From Candidatus Latescibacterota bacterium (GTDB lineage Bacteria > Latescibacterota > UBA2968 > GCA-2709665): a DNA stretch of 64,000 bases. The notes below the pieces were generated by a model, which did not search any database, was not told where the DNA came from, and was given only the letters and a program-made list of their open reading frames with translations. Position numbers and translations under genes: made by a program. Below are positions 48,961 to 57,790 of this stretch, piece after piece (within the stretch, counting starts at the first letter, position 1; each line of letters begins with the position of its first letter). The stretch lies in NCBI GenBank assembly GCA_965208835.1, contig OZ242358.1, forward strand, positions 4,544,001 through 4,608,000, given 5' to 3'.

Positions 48961-50976
48961 ATGAAACGGACAATACGCCGTACGGCGCTTCTGAACATCC
49001 AGAAGGTGAGCTATTCCCGCGACCACGTGGCGCGAGTCCGGAGCGAGGGATTCACGGACATCGGCGTCTCCCTGAAAGCGGGAGAGCGGAAGTTCACGGG
49101 CCAGGGATTCAACTGGGAACAGGTGGGTCACTTCGGTGCGTGGGCCCGGGAATTCGGCCTGGGGATGACCGTATTCACCGGCTATATGAAGTACCGGGAG
49201 ACCTTCCTGCGGGACCATCCGGAGCGGGCCATGGTTTGCGTCGGCGGTTCGGGTACCGCGCTGGACAGCGATAACCTCGTGCGCACCAAATGGCTGTGCC
49301 CGTTCCAGCCGGAGAACAAAGCGGATTACCTGGATCTCCTGAGGAAAGTGATCGGGCTGCCCGCGCTCCGGGAGATTCACCTCAACGACGAAGCCGCGAT
49401 TGGGTTCGCAAACGGCGACATCGGCTGCTATTGCGACCACTGCGTATCCGAATACGAAAGGGAATACGGCTCGCCGCCGCCAGCCGATTTCGACTGGGAG
49501 TCTGACGCGTGGTGGGCGTGGGTACAGCGCAGGATGGCGCGGTGGACCGAAGTCCATGCCTGGTTCCGCGAGCAGATCAGGAAGGAGCGCCCGGACGTCC
49601 TGGTCGGCATTCAGTATTCGCCGGTGGTCGTATCCTTCAACGACAACATCTGGCGCGCGGGGATCGATCTCTCGCAGGACGCGCTGGCCCAGGACGTGCT
49701 CTGTACGGACCCCTATCACTACAACCATACGTCGCATTTCACCTACCGGCCCGCGCGCCGGATCCTGACCGAGGCGACCCGGACGCTGGCAGGCGCCACG
49801 GTCGGGCGTTCGATGAATATCTATCCGCAGGCATTCAGACCGCCCCTGGGCGGGCCGGAGTTGACCCGCAGAGACGGTTTTATGGCCGGCGCGGTTCCCT
49901 ACGCGCTCGGTGCGGACAACATTACGCCGTATTCCAACGATCTCGCCCGCATCCTGCCCGGATTTCTGGACGGATTCCACGAGGCGGGTAAACTCATTCC
50001 CTATTTCGAGAAGACGAAACCCTGCGCATCCGCCACCGTCATCAACCCCACGCAGACGGAAATCTACGGGCATCCGGAAACCGGCTGGGCCCGAAAGGCG
50101 CTGGCGGTCTGGCCCGACGTGATGAACCACGTGGGCCTGCCGTGGCGCTGGCACTTCGACGGTCGCCTCGCGGATGCATGGGAGGCGCTGGAAGGGCCGG
50201 TGATCCTGCCGGATACCCACTGCCTGACCCGAGATCAGAGGGCCGTACTGCAGACCCATGCCGCATCGGGCAACGGCCTGCTCTGGGTGGGGCGGACCCC
50301 GAACCGGGACTGGCCGGGCAACGGGCCGTGTCCACCGCCGGAGGGGAAATCCATCGACAGTGCGGAAATGCGCCCAGTAAAACGGGACCATCCTCTCCTG
50401 GAGGGCATTTCGCACCCCGTCATGCTGCAGTCCGCGTTTTTGCAACCCGGAATCGAAGGGGAGACGGTGGGCGAGATCGACGGGAGGCCGGCGCTGGTCG
50501 TGAACGAGGATAACGGCGGACGCCAGGCCTGGCTGGCGGGGGTCCCGGAATTCAGCTACGTGACGCCCGGAGACCACGGCGGCGTCCGGGCGCCCACGGA
50601 CGGCATACCCCTGCTGAGGAATATCCTGAAATGGCTGGCGCGGGACGAACCGGTTGCCCGCCTCTGGCCGTACCCGCCCGATAACGCCTACCGGGACCTG
50701 CGGCCGTGGGACCGCCGCGACGTGCCGACCATGGAGTTGTTCCCGATGATCGGCGACGACTGCCTTGTCTGCCTCATCTTCAACTACGTGGGGCTGGAAT
50801 ATCGGACGAACCTGGTAATGGGCGCGCCGAAAGGCGCCGAGATTACTTCACTGACCGATATCTTCAACGGAACCGAAGCGCTCGCCGCCGCCGAGGTCGA
50901 CGGCAGCGAGGTCATTATGCCAGTCAGGATGTCGAATCAGACCGAATACCTGGCCGTGGAACTGACGTGGCGATAG
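48961..50976 (+). CDS. GH42-like TIM-barrel/trimerisation-domain protein (paralog 2)
   Basis: Colinear 671-aa paralog of 25008..27023. Confidence 0.65.
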   Translation: MKRTIRRTALLNIQKVSYSRDHVARVRSEGFTDIGVSLKAGERKFTGQGFNWEQVGHFGAWAREFGLGMTVFTGYMKYRETFLRDHPERAMVCVGGSGTALDSDNLVRTKWLCPFQPENKADYLDLLRKVIGLPALREIHLNDEAAIGFANGDIGCYCDHCVSEYEREYGSPPPADFDWESDAWWAWVQRRMARWTEVHAWFREQIRKERPDVLVGIQYSPVVVSFNDNIWRAGIDLSQDALAQDVLCTDPYHYNHTSHFTYRPARRILTEATRTLAGATVGRSMNIYPQAFRPPLGGPELTRRDGFMAGAVPYALGADNITPYSNDLARILPGFLDGFHEAGKLIPYFEKTKPCASATVINPTQTEIYGHPETGWARKALAVWPDVMNHVGLPWRWHFDGRLADAWEALEGPVILPDTHCLTRDQRAVLQTHAASGNGLLWVGRTPNRDWPGNGPCPPPEGKSIDSAEMRPVKRDHPLLEGISHPVMLQSAFLQPGIEGETVGEIDGRPALVVNEDNGGRQAWLAGVPEFSYVTPGDHGGVRAPTDGIPLLRNILKWLARDEPVARLWPYPPDNAYRDLRPWDRRDVPTMELFPMIGDDCLVCLIFNYVGLEYRTNLVMGAPKGAEITSLTDIFNGTEALAAAEVDGSEVIMPVRMSNQTEYLAVELTWR

Positions 50977-51020
50977 TGTTCTATCCCGATTCAGGTGCAT
51001 GCTTCCGGCTGTTTGGGGTT

Positions 51021-51061
51021 GATCCTGTTGATCCTGTCCATCCTGTCCATCCATGTAAGTT
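51021..51061. repeat. ATCCTG 9-mer repeat cluster
   Basis: GATCCTGTTGATCCTGTCCATCCTGTCCATCCATGTAAGTT; its end matches the reverse complement of 38566..38587. Confidence 0.7.
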
Positions 51062-51094
51062 CCTTTTTGTCGACAAATATGCTGACGGGGACGC

Positions 51095-52204
51095 GTGGCG
51101 ATGATACAGACCGTTGACGGAGGCATCCTTTCGTGGCGTCGCGGGACAGGGGCGTTCATGCCCGCCATCACTCCGTTGTCCGATGGCAGCATGATCGCGT
51201 GCCAGCACGTGGGCGAGAGCCTGGGTTCCGCGGACAACCATATCGAAGTCCTTCGCTCCTCCGACGGCGCGGCGACGTGGGTGAACGAAGGCAGCATCCA
51301 CGGCGGCGGGCCTCCGGACGACGGGTGGAGTTACAGAAGCCCCCACATCAGCGAGGCGCCCGGCGGGCGGCTCGCCATGACCGTGACGCGTTTCGAGATG
51401 CGGTCCGAAAGGCTGTTCGATCCCAACTCCGAGGTGTTGCAGCGACCGGAGATGCTGCTGATCCGGTCGGATGACAAGGGCCGCACCTGGTCTCCGCCAC
51501 AGGTCATTCACGTGGACCTGCCGCCGGAGAAATACACGTGCAATGGCGCCGGCGTGCTTCTTCAACTCGATCCGGACCGGTGGATGTACCCGCTGGAAAC
51601 CTGGAAGCCGGAGGGGTATGCCGGGCCGCCCGACCAGAAGGCCGCGGCAGTCTTCTCCGCAGACCAGGGACGAACCTGGGGTGAGTTTACGGTGGTGGCC
51701 GACGATCCTTCGGGGGAGTTGCTCTGGTGGGACCAGATGAATACGGTTTTGCCGGACGGCAGAATTTACACCACGCTCTGGACCCACGTCTATGGTACCT
51801 CCGAGGATCTTCCCAATCACTGGACCGTCTCGGACGATGGAGGGAGGACATGGTCCGCGCCGCGGCCCACCAACCTGCGGGGGCAGGTCTGCTCCCCCAT
51901 CGCGCTGGCAGACGGACGGGTGGCGGCCATATACAACTTCCGCCGCGAACCGCATGGAATACGCGTGGCAATCAGCGAGGACCTGGAGACGTTCGATCTG
52001 GATGACCAGATCGTCGTGTTCGACGCCGGGGCCGAGGCCACCCTGGGAGAGCCGGAGACGGACAATTTCCTGGCCGAACACATGCAGATCGCTTTCGGAA
52101 AGCCCGGCGGCATCCGGCTCGACGACGGCGACCTGATGACGTATTTCTGGTGTACGGTCGGGGGCGTCACGCATACGCGATGGGTGCGGTTGAAGATCAA
52201 TTAA
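51095..52204 (+). CDS. Sialidase-like BNR/Asp-box beta-propeller protein
   Basis: Asp boxes SSDGAATW, SDDKGRTW, SADQGRTW, SDDGGRTW. Confidence 0.8.
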   Translation: MAMIQTVDGGILSWRRGTGAFMPAITPLSDGSMIACQHVGESLGSADNHIEVLRSSDGAATWVNEGSIHGGGPPDDGWSYRSPHISEAPGGRLAMTVTRFEMRSERLFDPNSEVLQRPEMLLIRSDDKGRTWSPPQVIHVDLPPEKYTCNGAGVLLQLDPDRWMYPLETWKPEGYAGPPDQKAAAVFSADQGRTWGEFTVVADDPSGELLWWDQMNTVLPDGRIYTTLWTHVYGTSEDLPNHWTVSDDGGRTWSAPRPTNLRGQVCSPIALADGRVAAIYNFRREPHGIRVAISEDLETFDLDDQIVVFDAGAEATLGEPETDNFLAEHMQIAFGKPGGIRLDDGDLMTYFWCTVGGVTHTRWVRLKIN

Positions 52205-52247
52205 AGGGTTGCACGCCGGCGACAACCGGATATTGGAGGCTGAGAAC

Positions 52248-53327
52248 ATGAACGGACCCGGCCAGACCTCGACCCGTGTGGCCGCGGACGTCCTGGAAAC
52301 ATTCGTACGCGACCTGTATCTGGCTGCCGGCGTGCCCGGCGACGACGCGGAAACGATCGCCGGAGCGACCCTCTGCCAGGAGACCCGCGGCAATACGACC
52401 CACGGGCTCCGGCTCGTTCACTTCAATCTTCGGGGGTTGGACGATGGGACGATCCGGGCCAATCCGGACCAGCCCGTCCTGAGCGACCGGGGCATGACCG
52501 CGGTTATCGAAGGCGACCACGGCGTGGGTATTGTGGGCTGTATGAGGGGGATGCGGCTTGCGATCGCCAAGGCCCGGGAGGGTGGCATCGGCGTCGCGCT
52601 GATCGTACGCAACAACCACTTTCTCGCCGCCGTACCGTATTGCCTGGAAGCGGCCAACGCGGGCATGATCGGCATGGCGTTCTCAAACACCAAGGGATCC
52701 ATGGGATATCCAGGCGCCCGCGGCTCTGTGATCGGCAACACGCCGATGGGGTTCGGCATTCCGACAGCCGGCGGCTTCCCCATCCTGTTCGACGCGTGCA
52801 TGACCGCCTCGGGGGGCCGGATGCGGCAGTGGATCCGGGAAGGCAAGCGGATTCCCCGGGATATTCGGGGCTTCGACCGGGACGGCACGCCCACCGACGA
52901 CCCGCGGGCCGTCATCGGCGGCGGGACCACGATGCCGATCGGCGGCCACAAGGGCGCAGGTCTGGCCATTCTGGTTGAGGCGCTGACGGGCGTGCTGGGC
53001 GGCGCCGCTTTCCTGAGCGATATCACGCCCCGCGACCAGGCGGACCGTACGGACAAGATCCACGCGGTCAGCCATTGCTGCATCGCCATTGACGTCGCGG
53101 CGTTTATGCCCGTGGCCGATTTCGAAGCGCGGATGGCGGACTTCGTCGCGGACCTCAAGGGCAGTCCCCTGGGCGGCGAGTCCGATGAGATCCGGCTGCC
53201 CGGCGAAAGAATGGAGCGGACCCGGCAAGAATGCGAGATTCACGGCGTGCCGCTGGAACCGGATGTGCGCCAGGAACTGGAGGAGTGGGCAAAGCGATTG
53301 GGCGTACGTTTCCCGGATACCGTGTAG
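52248..53327 (+). CDS. Ldh_2 (malate/L-sulfolactate/ureidoglycolate dehydrogenase) family oxidoreductase
   Basis: RGNTTHGL, RNNHF, IGNTP, GGHKGAGLA, RLPGE. Confidence 0.9.
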   Translation: MNGPGQTSTRVAADVLETFVRDLYLAAGVPGDDAETIAGATLCQETRGNTTHGLRLVHFNLRGLDDGTIRANPDQPVLSDRGMTAVIEGDHGVGIVGCMRGMRLAIAKAREGGIGVALIVRNNHFLAAVPYCLEAANAGMIGMAFSNTKGSMGYPGARGSVIGNTPMGFGIPTAGGFPILFDACMTASGGRMRQWIREGKRIPRDIRGFDRDGTPTDDPRAVIGGGTTMPIGGHKGAGLAILVEALTGVLGGAAFLSDITPRDQADRTDKIHAVSHCCIAIDVAAFMPVADFEARMADFVADLKGSPLGGESDEIRLPGERMERTRQECEIHGVPLEPDVRQELEEWAKRLGVRFPDTV

Positions 53328-53354
53328 TCCGCCGCTGTATCGATGCGAGGAGAT

Positions 53355-53852
53355 ATGGACGACCGATACCGGATTCGCGGCGCGACCGAAGCCGACCTGG
53401 ACCGGATAGGCGAGATCATCCGTCAGGCGTGGGAGCCGATTTTTGGGCTGCACGAAGAGAACTGGGGCGAGGAGCTCTTCGACGCCCTCTATGCGAACTG
53501 GCCGGAAAACATCAAGGCCAGCGTCGGGCGCCACATGGCGGAACACCCGGAATGCGCGTTCGTCGTCGAGTCACGCGAAACCGGCGAGGTCGTATCGTTT
53601 ATCACTTATCTGCTGGATACGAAAAAAGGGATTGGAGTCGTCGGCCTGAACGCCGTCGAGGCCGGGTTGCAGGGGCAGGGAATCGGGACCATGATGTACA
53701 ACTTCGTCATGGACCGGTTCCGAAAGGCAGGGCTGAAATACGCCCAGGTAAGAACGGGCCTGAACGATGCGCAGGCCGGCGCCCGGAGGGCCTACGAGAA
53801 GGCGGGCTTCAACATCGAGCGCAAAGAGGTCATCTATTACGCGTATTTGTGA
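53355..53852 (+). CDS. GNAT N-acetyltransferase
   Basis: AVEAGLQGQGIG acetyl-CoA loop, ARRAYEKAGF. Confidence 0.85.
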   Translation: MDDRYRIRGATEADLDRIGEIIRQAWEPIFGLHEENWGEELFDALYANWPENIKASVGRHMAEHPECAFVVESRETGEVVSFITYLLDTKKGIGVVGLNAVEAGLQGQGIGTMMYNFVMDRFRKAGLKYAQVRTGLNDAQAGARRAYEKAGFNIERKEVIYYAYL

Positions 53853-53960
53853 ACACAAAAGGCGTATCTACCGAGTAGCGAGACAACACACTTGTGCGTA
53901 TATTATGATGCCTGTTCTCCCGAAAAGATCGCTCACAATTAGCAGCCAATTGGGGTAGGT

Positions 53961-54266
53961 ATGGCGCCGCTCCGGATAGAATTGCCGCAAGCCCGGATTG
54001 ATGATTTCTGTTGTCGCTGGAAAATTACTGAATTGGCTGCGTTTGGCTCTGTGCTTCGCGGTGACTTTGCAAAAGACAGCGACGTCGACCTTCTGGTTAC
54101 GTTCACCCCGGGCGCCGAACACAGTTTACTCGATCTGGTTCAGATGCAGGAAGAATTGTCGGAAATTCTCGGACGGCCTGTTGACCTCATCGAAGAGCAG
54201 GGGCTCCGAAATCCTTTCCGCAGGAAGGGCATTCTGAGCACCAAAGAGGTGATTTATGCGGCCTGA
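53961..54266 (+). CDS. mntA: Minimal nucleotidyltransferase (MntA-type antitoxin)
   Basis: FGSVLRGDFAKDSDVDLLV, GRPVDL. Confidence 0.88.
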   Translation: MAPLRIELPQARIDDFCCRWKITELAAFGSVLRGDFAKDSDVDLLVTFTPGAEHSLLDLVQMQEELSEILGRPVDLIEEQGLRNPFRRKGILSTKEVIYAA

Positions 54267-54280
54267 GAGCCGGGATGGCG
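54256..54280 (+). pseudogene. Possible 5' stub of the cognate HepT (DUF86) gene
   Basis: An ATG overlapping the mntA 3' end gives MRPESRD, then unrelated sequence and an early stop. Confidence 0.45.
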
Positions 54281-54357
54281 TTACATTTTATCGTGGCAAC
54301 CCCTTGCGAGAGAGAAGAAACGTCCATGTTTTGTCGATAGCGGAACTTTAGGATGAC

Positions 54358-54630
54358 TTACTCCCTGAATAGGTCGGAATGGGAGCCGGTACGCACCAGG
54401 TACAACTCGGCCCCATCGATACGGTAGACCAAGAGCCAGTCCGGTTCGATGTGGGCTTCTCGGTGATTTAGCCAGTTTCCCCGCAGTTTGTGGTCACGAT
54501 AACGAATTGGCAAATGCGTCTCCCGAATCAACAACGCCAAGACCTCTCTCAGTTTACCGAGATTCTTCCCTCTTGCCTCTGCTCGTTTTACGTCACGCCG
54601 GAATTGAGTCGAACGAACAGTAGCCAGCAT
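54358..54630 (-). CDS. yafQ: YafQ-family mRNA interferase toxin
   Basis: FRRDVK...YRDHKLRGNW..HREAHIEPDWLLVY...RTGSHSDLF. Confidence 0.92.
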   Translation of the reverse strand: MLATVRSTQFRRDVKRAEARGKNLGKLREVLALLIRETHLPIRYRDHKLRGNWLNHREAHIEPDWLLVYRIDGAELYLVRTGSHSDLFRE

Positions 54631-54631
54631 G

Positions 54632-54889
54632 TCAGATGCCAAGATCCCGGAACAATTCATCGGCGCTGCTGAATCGTTTGCCCTTTCCCTCTTCCAGTTC
54701 CTTCATCGCTTTGACAGTCGTGGAATTAGGGACTTTTACAGCGAACGGTAGCCGTTTCTCTTCGGCTATCCTCAGCAACAGCAGGCGGATCGCATCGGAA
54801 ACAGAAAGGCCCATGGCTTCAAGCGCCTCAGTCGCCCGTGCTTTGGTATCGCTGTCGATTCGCGCGCGTACCACACTATCGTTACCCAT
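54632..54889 (-). CDS. dinJ: DinJ/RelB antitoxin
   Basis: VVRARID...GLSVSDAIRL...LPF.VKVPN..T..A..E...LFRDLGI. Confidence 0.92.
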   Translation of the reverse strand: MGNDSVVRARIDSDTKARATEALEAMGLSVSDAIRLLLLRIAEEKRLPFAVKVPNSTTVKAMKELEEGKGKRFSSADELFRDLGI

Positions 54890-54905
54890 TTAAAGACCTC
54901 CAAAG

Positions 54906-54943
54906 TGTAGCCACAATGTAGCAACAAAGACATGGCTTGTCAA
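54906..54943 (-). promoter_or_regulatory. dinJ-yafQ promoter with tandem operator
   Basis: Minus strand TTGACA-N17-TACATT, overlapped by two near-palindromic boxes TGTAGCCACA and TGTAGCAACA. Confidence 0.75.
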
Positions 54944-54994
54944 GGAAGAACCCGGTCGGAATCGACTCGAAGCACTCGTTGAAAGGCGGCGGCC

Positions 54995-56062
54995 GTGGAG
55001 AAGTACATCTTTGCGGGTGGTCCTGCAGAAGCGGGGCGGGCACAGGGCGCGCTCGATCCCGAATACGCCCGGCGTGAGCTGGAGAAGCGGTTGGAACAAC
55101 CCCAGGACTTCGAGGACAGCTACTTCCGTGAGAACATGGCTTTCATGCGGCGGGAGTTTCCGGAACTGGTGACTCAGATTGAGGCATACGGCGACGCGGC
55201 GGGGATCGAAAACTTCGACCATACGTTTCTGCTGCACGTCTACTTCGCGGCCACCGACCTGGACGGTTGTTCGGCGCTCGGGATCATGCTGAAGGACGAC
55301 GGTCCGGCGATGTTGAGGACGTACGATACGAGCTCGATGGGCAGGGTCGAGGATTTCGTAAAGGACAAGATCCTGATGGGACTGCCGGACGCCAGGCCGC
55401 ACGGGCTGGCCGGCATCGGGGAGCGGTTCGGCGTCACCGTCGGCACGGCGGTCAACGACGCGGGGCTGCTGGTGGGCTGCGCGTCGGGGCACCGGAAATA
55501 TAATCCCGGCGCCAACCCAGAACACGTCAATCTCTATTTCACCACGCACCTGCTTGCGCAATATTGCTCCAATTGCGACGATGTCAGGCATTTCCTCCGG
55601 CAGTACCGGATCTCAGGCATCAAAGGGCTCACGGGCGTGGCCGTTGACTCGGCCGACGACATGGTCGGGTTCGAGCTGGAATCGGCGAACATTGCCCTTC
55701 GGGAACCCGAAAACGGAATGGTTCTCGAGACCAACCACTGGCAGGACCCGGACCTCCAGCGCCCGTCTCGAAAGGCCGATCCGGACTGGTGGGCGAGCGC
55801 CTCGTACTACAACTCTCAGAACCGGGTCCAGTACCTGGCCTGTCACCGTGATGCGTTCGAGAAAATGCGCACCGTGAGCGAACTGACCGATTTTTCTTTC
55901 GACGTGCACGCGCCGGGCCGGATTCTGCAGAGCCCTGAAACCAACATCGGAAGCTGGTTCACCACCCACGCGATCTTCATGACGTCGCGGGACCGGAAGC
56001 TGCGGGTCCACCGGTATCCGCTGGAGAAGAGACGGTCCACGGAAATGACGTATGGGGAGTGA
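54995..56062 (+). CDS. C45-family Ntn-hydrolase (autoproteolytic acyltransferase/amidase), paralog 1
   Basis: DG|CSALG nucleophile site after an approximately 90-aa prosegment; VNDAGL; ETNHW. Confidence 0.75.
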   Translation: MEKYIFAGGPAEAGRAQGALDPEYARRELEKRLEQPQDFEDSYFRENMAFMRREFPELVTQIEAYGDAAGIENFDHTFLLHVYFAATDLDGCSALGIMLKDDGPAMLRTYDTSSMGRVEDFVKDKILMGLPDARPHGLAGIGERFGVTVGTAVNDAGLLVGCASGHRKYNPGANPEHVNLYFTTHLLAQYCSNCDDVRHFLRQYRISGIKGLTGVAVDSADDMVGFELESANIALREPENGMVLETNHWQDPDLQRPSRKADPDWWASASYYNSQNRVQYLACHRDAFEKMRTVSELTDFSFDVHAPGRILQSPETNIGSWFTTHAIFMTSRDRKLRVHRYPLEKRRSTEMTYGE

Positions 56063-56087
56063 CGGAAACTGCGAAACGGGAGGAATC

Positions 56088-57587
56088 ATGGATCGGAAGA
56101 ACACGGACCCCGGCAGCGCGGATGGGTTCCTTCTGATGGACGGGATCGAATCGGTTCACCACGTCACGCAAACCGTGTGCGAAGCGGAAAAACACCCGCT
56201 GAATCCCGTACTGCCGGTGGGCGACTCGCACGAGTGGGATTCCACCCACTGCGCGCCGTGGTCCTCGCCTACGGTCATCTACGACGATGAAGACGGACTG
56301 TTCAAGGCCTGGTACGCCGGATCGGACATCGCGACGTCGAGGTGGTGGGCGATGGGGTACGCCGTCAGCGAGGACGGGATCAACTGGCACAAACCCGAAC
56401 TGGGCCTGTACGAGTACAACGGGAGCAAGAAGAACAACATCGTCCTGGACGGGCGCGGCCCGATTGTCAAGGACGACGCCGAGCCGGACCCGAACAAGCG
56501 ATTCAAGGGGATCAAGCGCAGCTTCGGCGGGCAGAAGGTCTATGCCGGAAAGGGCGCCCGGGCCAACTACTCGCCCGACGGGATCCACTGGACCGAGGGT
56601 CCGAACATCGACCTGCCGGAGTGGTTTCGCGGCCCCCCCGATATCGGCGTGCTCGTCCGCGACGACCAGGACCCGGATCCCTCACGCCGGTACAAAACCG
56701 TCTTCCAGGAGATGGTACCGTTCGACAAGCCGGATATCAAGCGCCACGCCGATCGGTACCGCGGCCTCGGACGCGCGAAGACTCTGGCGTACGGCCCGGA
56801 CATCGAGAACTTCCGGCGGGCAGAGGAGAATCCCCTGATCTCCCCCGCCGACGGGCTCGAGTACGAAGACCATCACATCATGATGTCGCCGTACGGCGGC
56901 GCGTGGATCGTCTGCTACGAGTACGGTTGGTACGTGCCGAACGGCTACGGCCGCTACGGGATGTACTCGGCCGACATCCGGCTGGCGGTCAGCGGCGACG
57001 GGCTCAGTTTCGATCGTGTCAATCCCCACCAGAAGGTCATCGCCCGCGGCGCCCACGGCGAGTGGGACGGGGGGCTGCTCATCATTACGGATAAACCGGT
57101 TGTCAAGGACGGGACCGTCTACCTGTTCTATGGCGGGGCGGGCGAAGAGTTCACGAGTTGGCCGCCGGAAAACGAGGTCCCCGAGTTCATCCATGAGATG
57201 GGGAGCGGGAGCGCGCGCATGGCGCGGATGGGTCTGGCCACGCTTCGCGAAGACGGGTTCACCTGCTTGGAGACCCCGGACCGCGAGACGCCGGGACACG
57301 CGACCACCGCCCCGCTGGCGCTGACTGACAGGTCGACCGAACTGACGGTCAACGTGGGCGATGTCCGGCGCAACCGCAACTGGCTCGAAGTCGAAGTCCT
57401 GGACGCCGACTCCGGCGAACCGATTGCGGGATACGAATGCGAGGACTGCAATGATATCGACGTCGACGGGCTGCGGCGCCGCGTCACCTGGGGCGACAAT
57501 GGTCTTGCCGGCATCGGCCGGGACCGCTTCAGGCTGCGCTTCCATCTCTATGGCGCCGCCCGGCTGTACGGTTATCGATTCGACTGA
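56088..57587 (+). CDS. GH32-like beta-propeller plus beta-sandwich protein
   Basis: KHPLNPVL, FKAWY, SEDGINWHKPELGL, GLATLREDGF, LRFHL..ARLY. Confidence 0.7.
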   Translation: MDRKNTDPGSADGFLLMDGIESVHHVTQTVCEAEKHPLNPVLPVGDSHEWDSTHCAPWSSPTVIYDDEDGLFKAWYAGSDIATSRWWAMGYAVSEDGINWHKPELGLYEYNGSKKNNIVLDGRGPIVKDDAEPDPNKRFKGIKRSFGGQKVYAGKGARANYSPDGIHWTEGPNIDLPEWFRGPPDIGVLVRDDQDPDPSRRYKTVFQEMVPFDKPDIKRHADRYRGLGRAKTLAYGPDIENFRRAEENPLISPADGLEYEDHHIMMSPYGGAWIVCYEYGWYVPNGYGRYGMYSADIRLAVSGDGLSFDRVNPHQKVIARGAHGEWDGGLLIITDKPVVKDGTVYLFYGGAGEEFTSWPPENEVPEFIHEMGSGSARMARMGLATLREDGFTCLETPDRETPGHATTAPLALTDRSTELTVNVGDVRRNRNWLEVEVLDADSGEPIAGYECEDCNDIDVDGLRRRVTWGDNGLAGIGRDRFRLRFHLYGAARLYGYRFD

Positions 57588-57618
57588 GACAGTGGTCAGA
57601 AAAAACGAAAACCAGGAG

Positions 57619-57748
57619 CGGGTAGACGTAAGCCGGAAAAGGGGAGAGATTGCCTGCCTCGTAAGTTTTCTTCTCGTGCCGCAGGCAAGGAAGAATAGCA
57701 TACCGGGCAAGGATTTCTTCTACCGTCTACCCTCTTCCGTCTCCCCGC
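57619..57748 (+). repeat. Dispersed 130-bp element family D, copy 2
   Basis: Homolog of 27468..27597 with imperfect terminal inverted heptamer repeats. Confidence 0.8.
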
Positions 57749-57790
57749 ATTTCTTCCACCGGCCACTGGTTTTCCTTAAGGTGAATTCCC

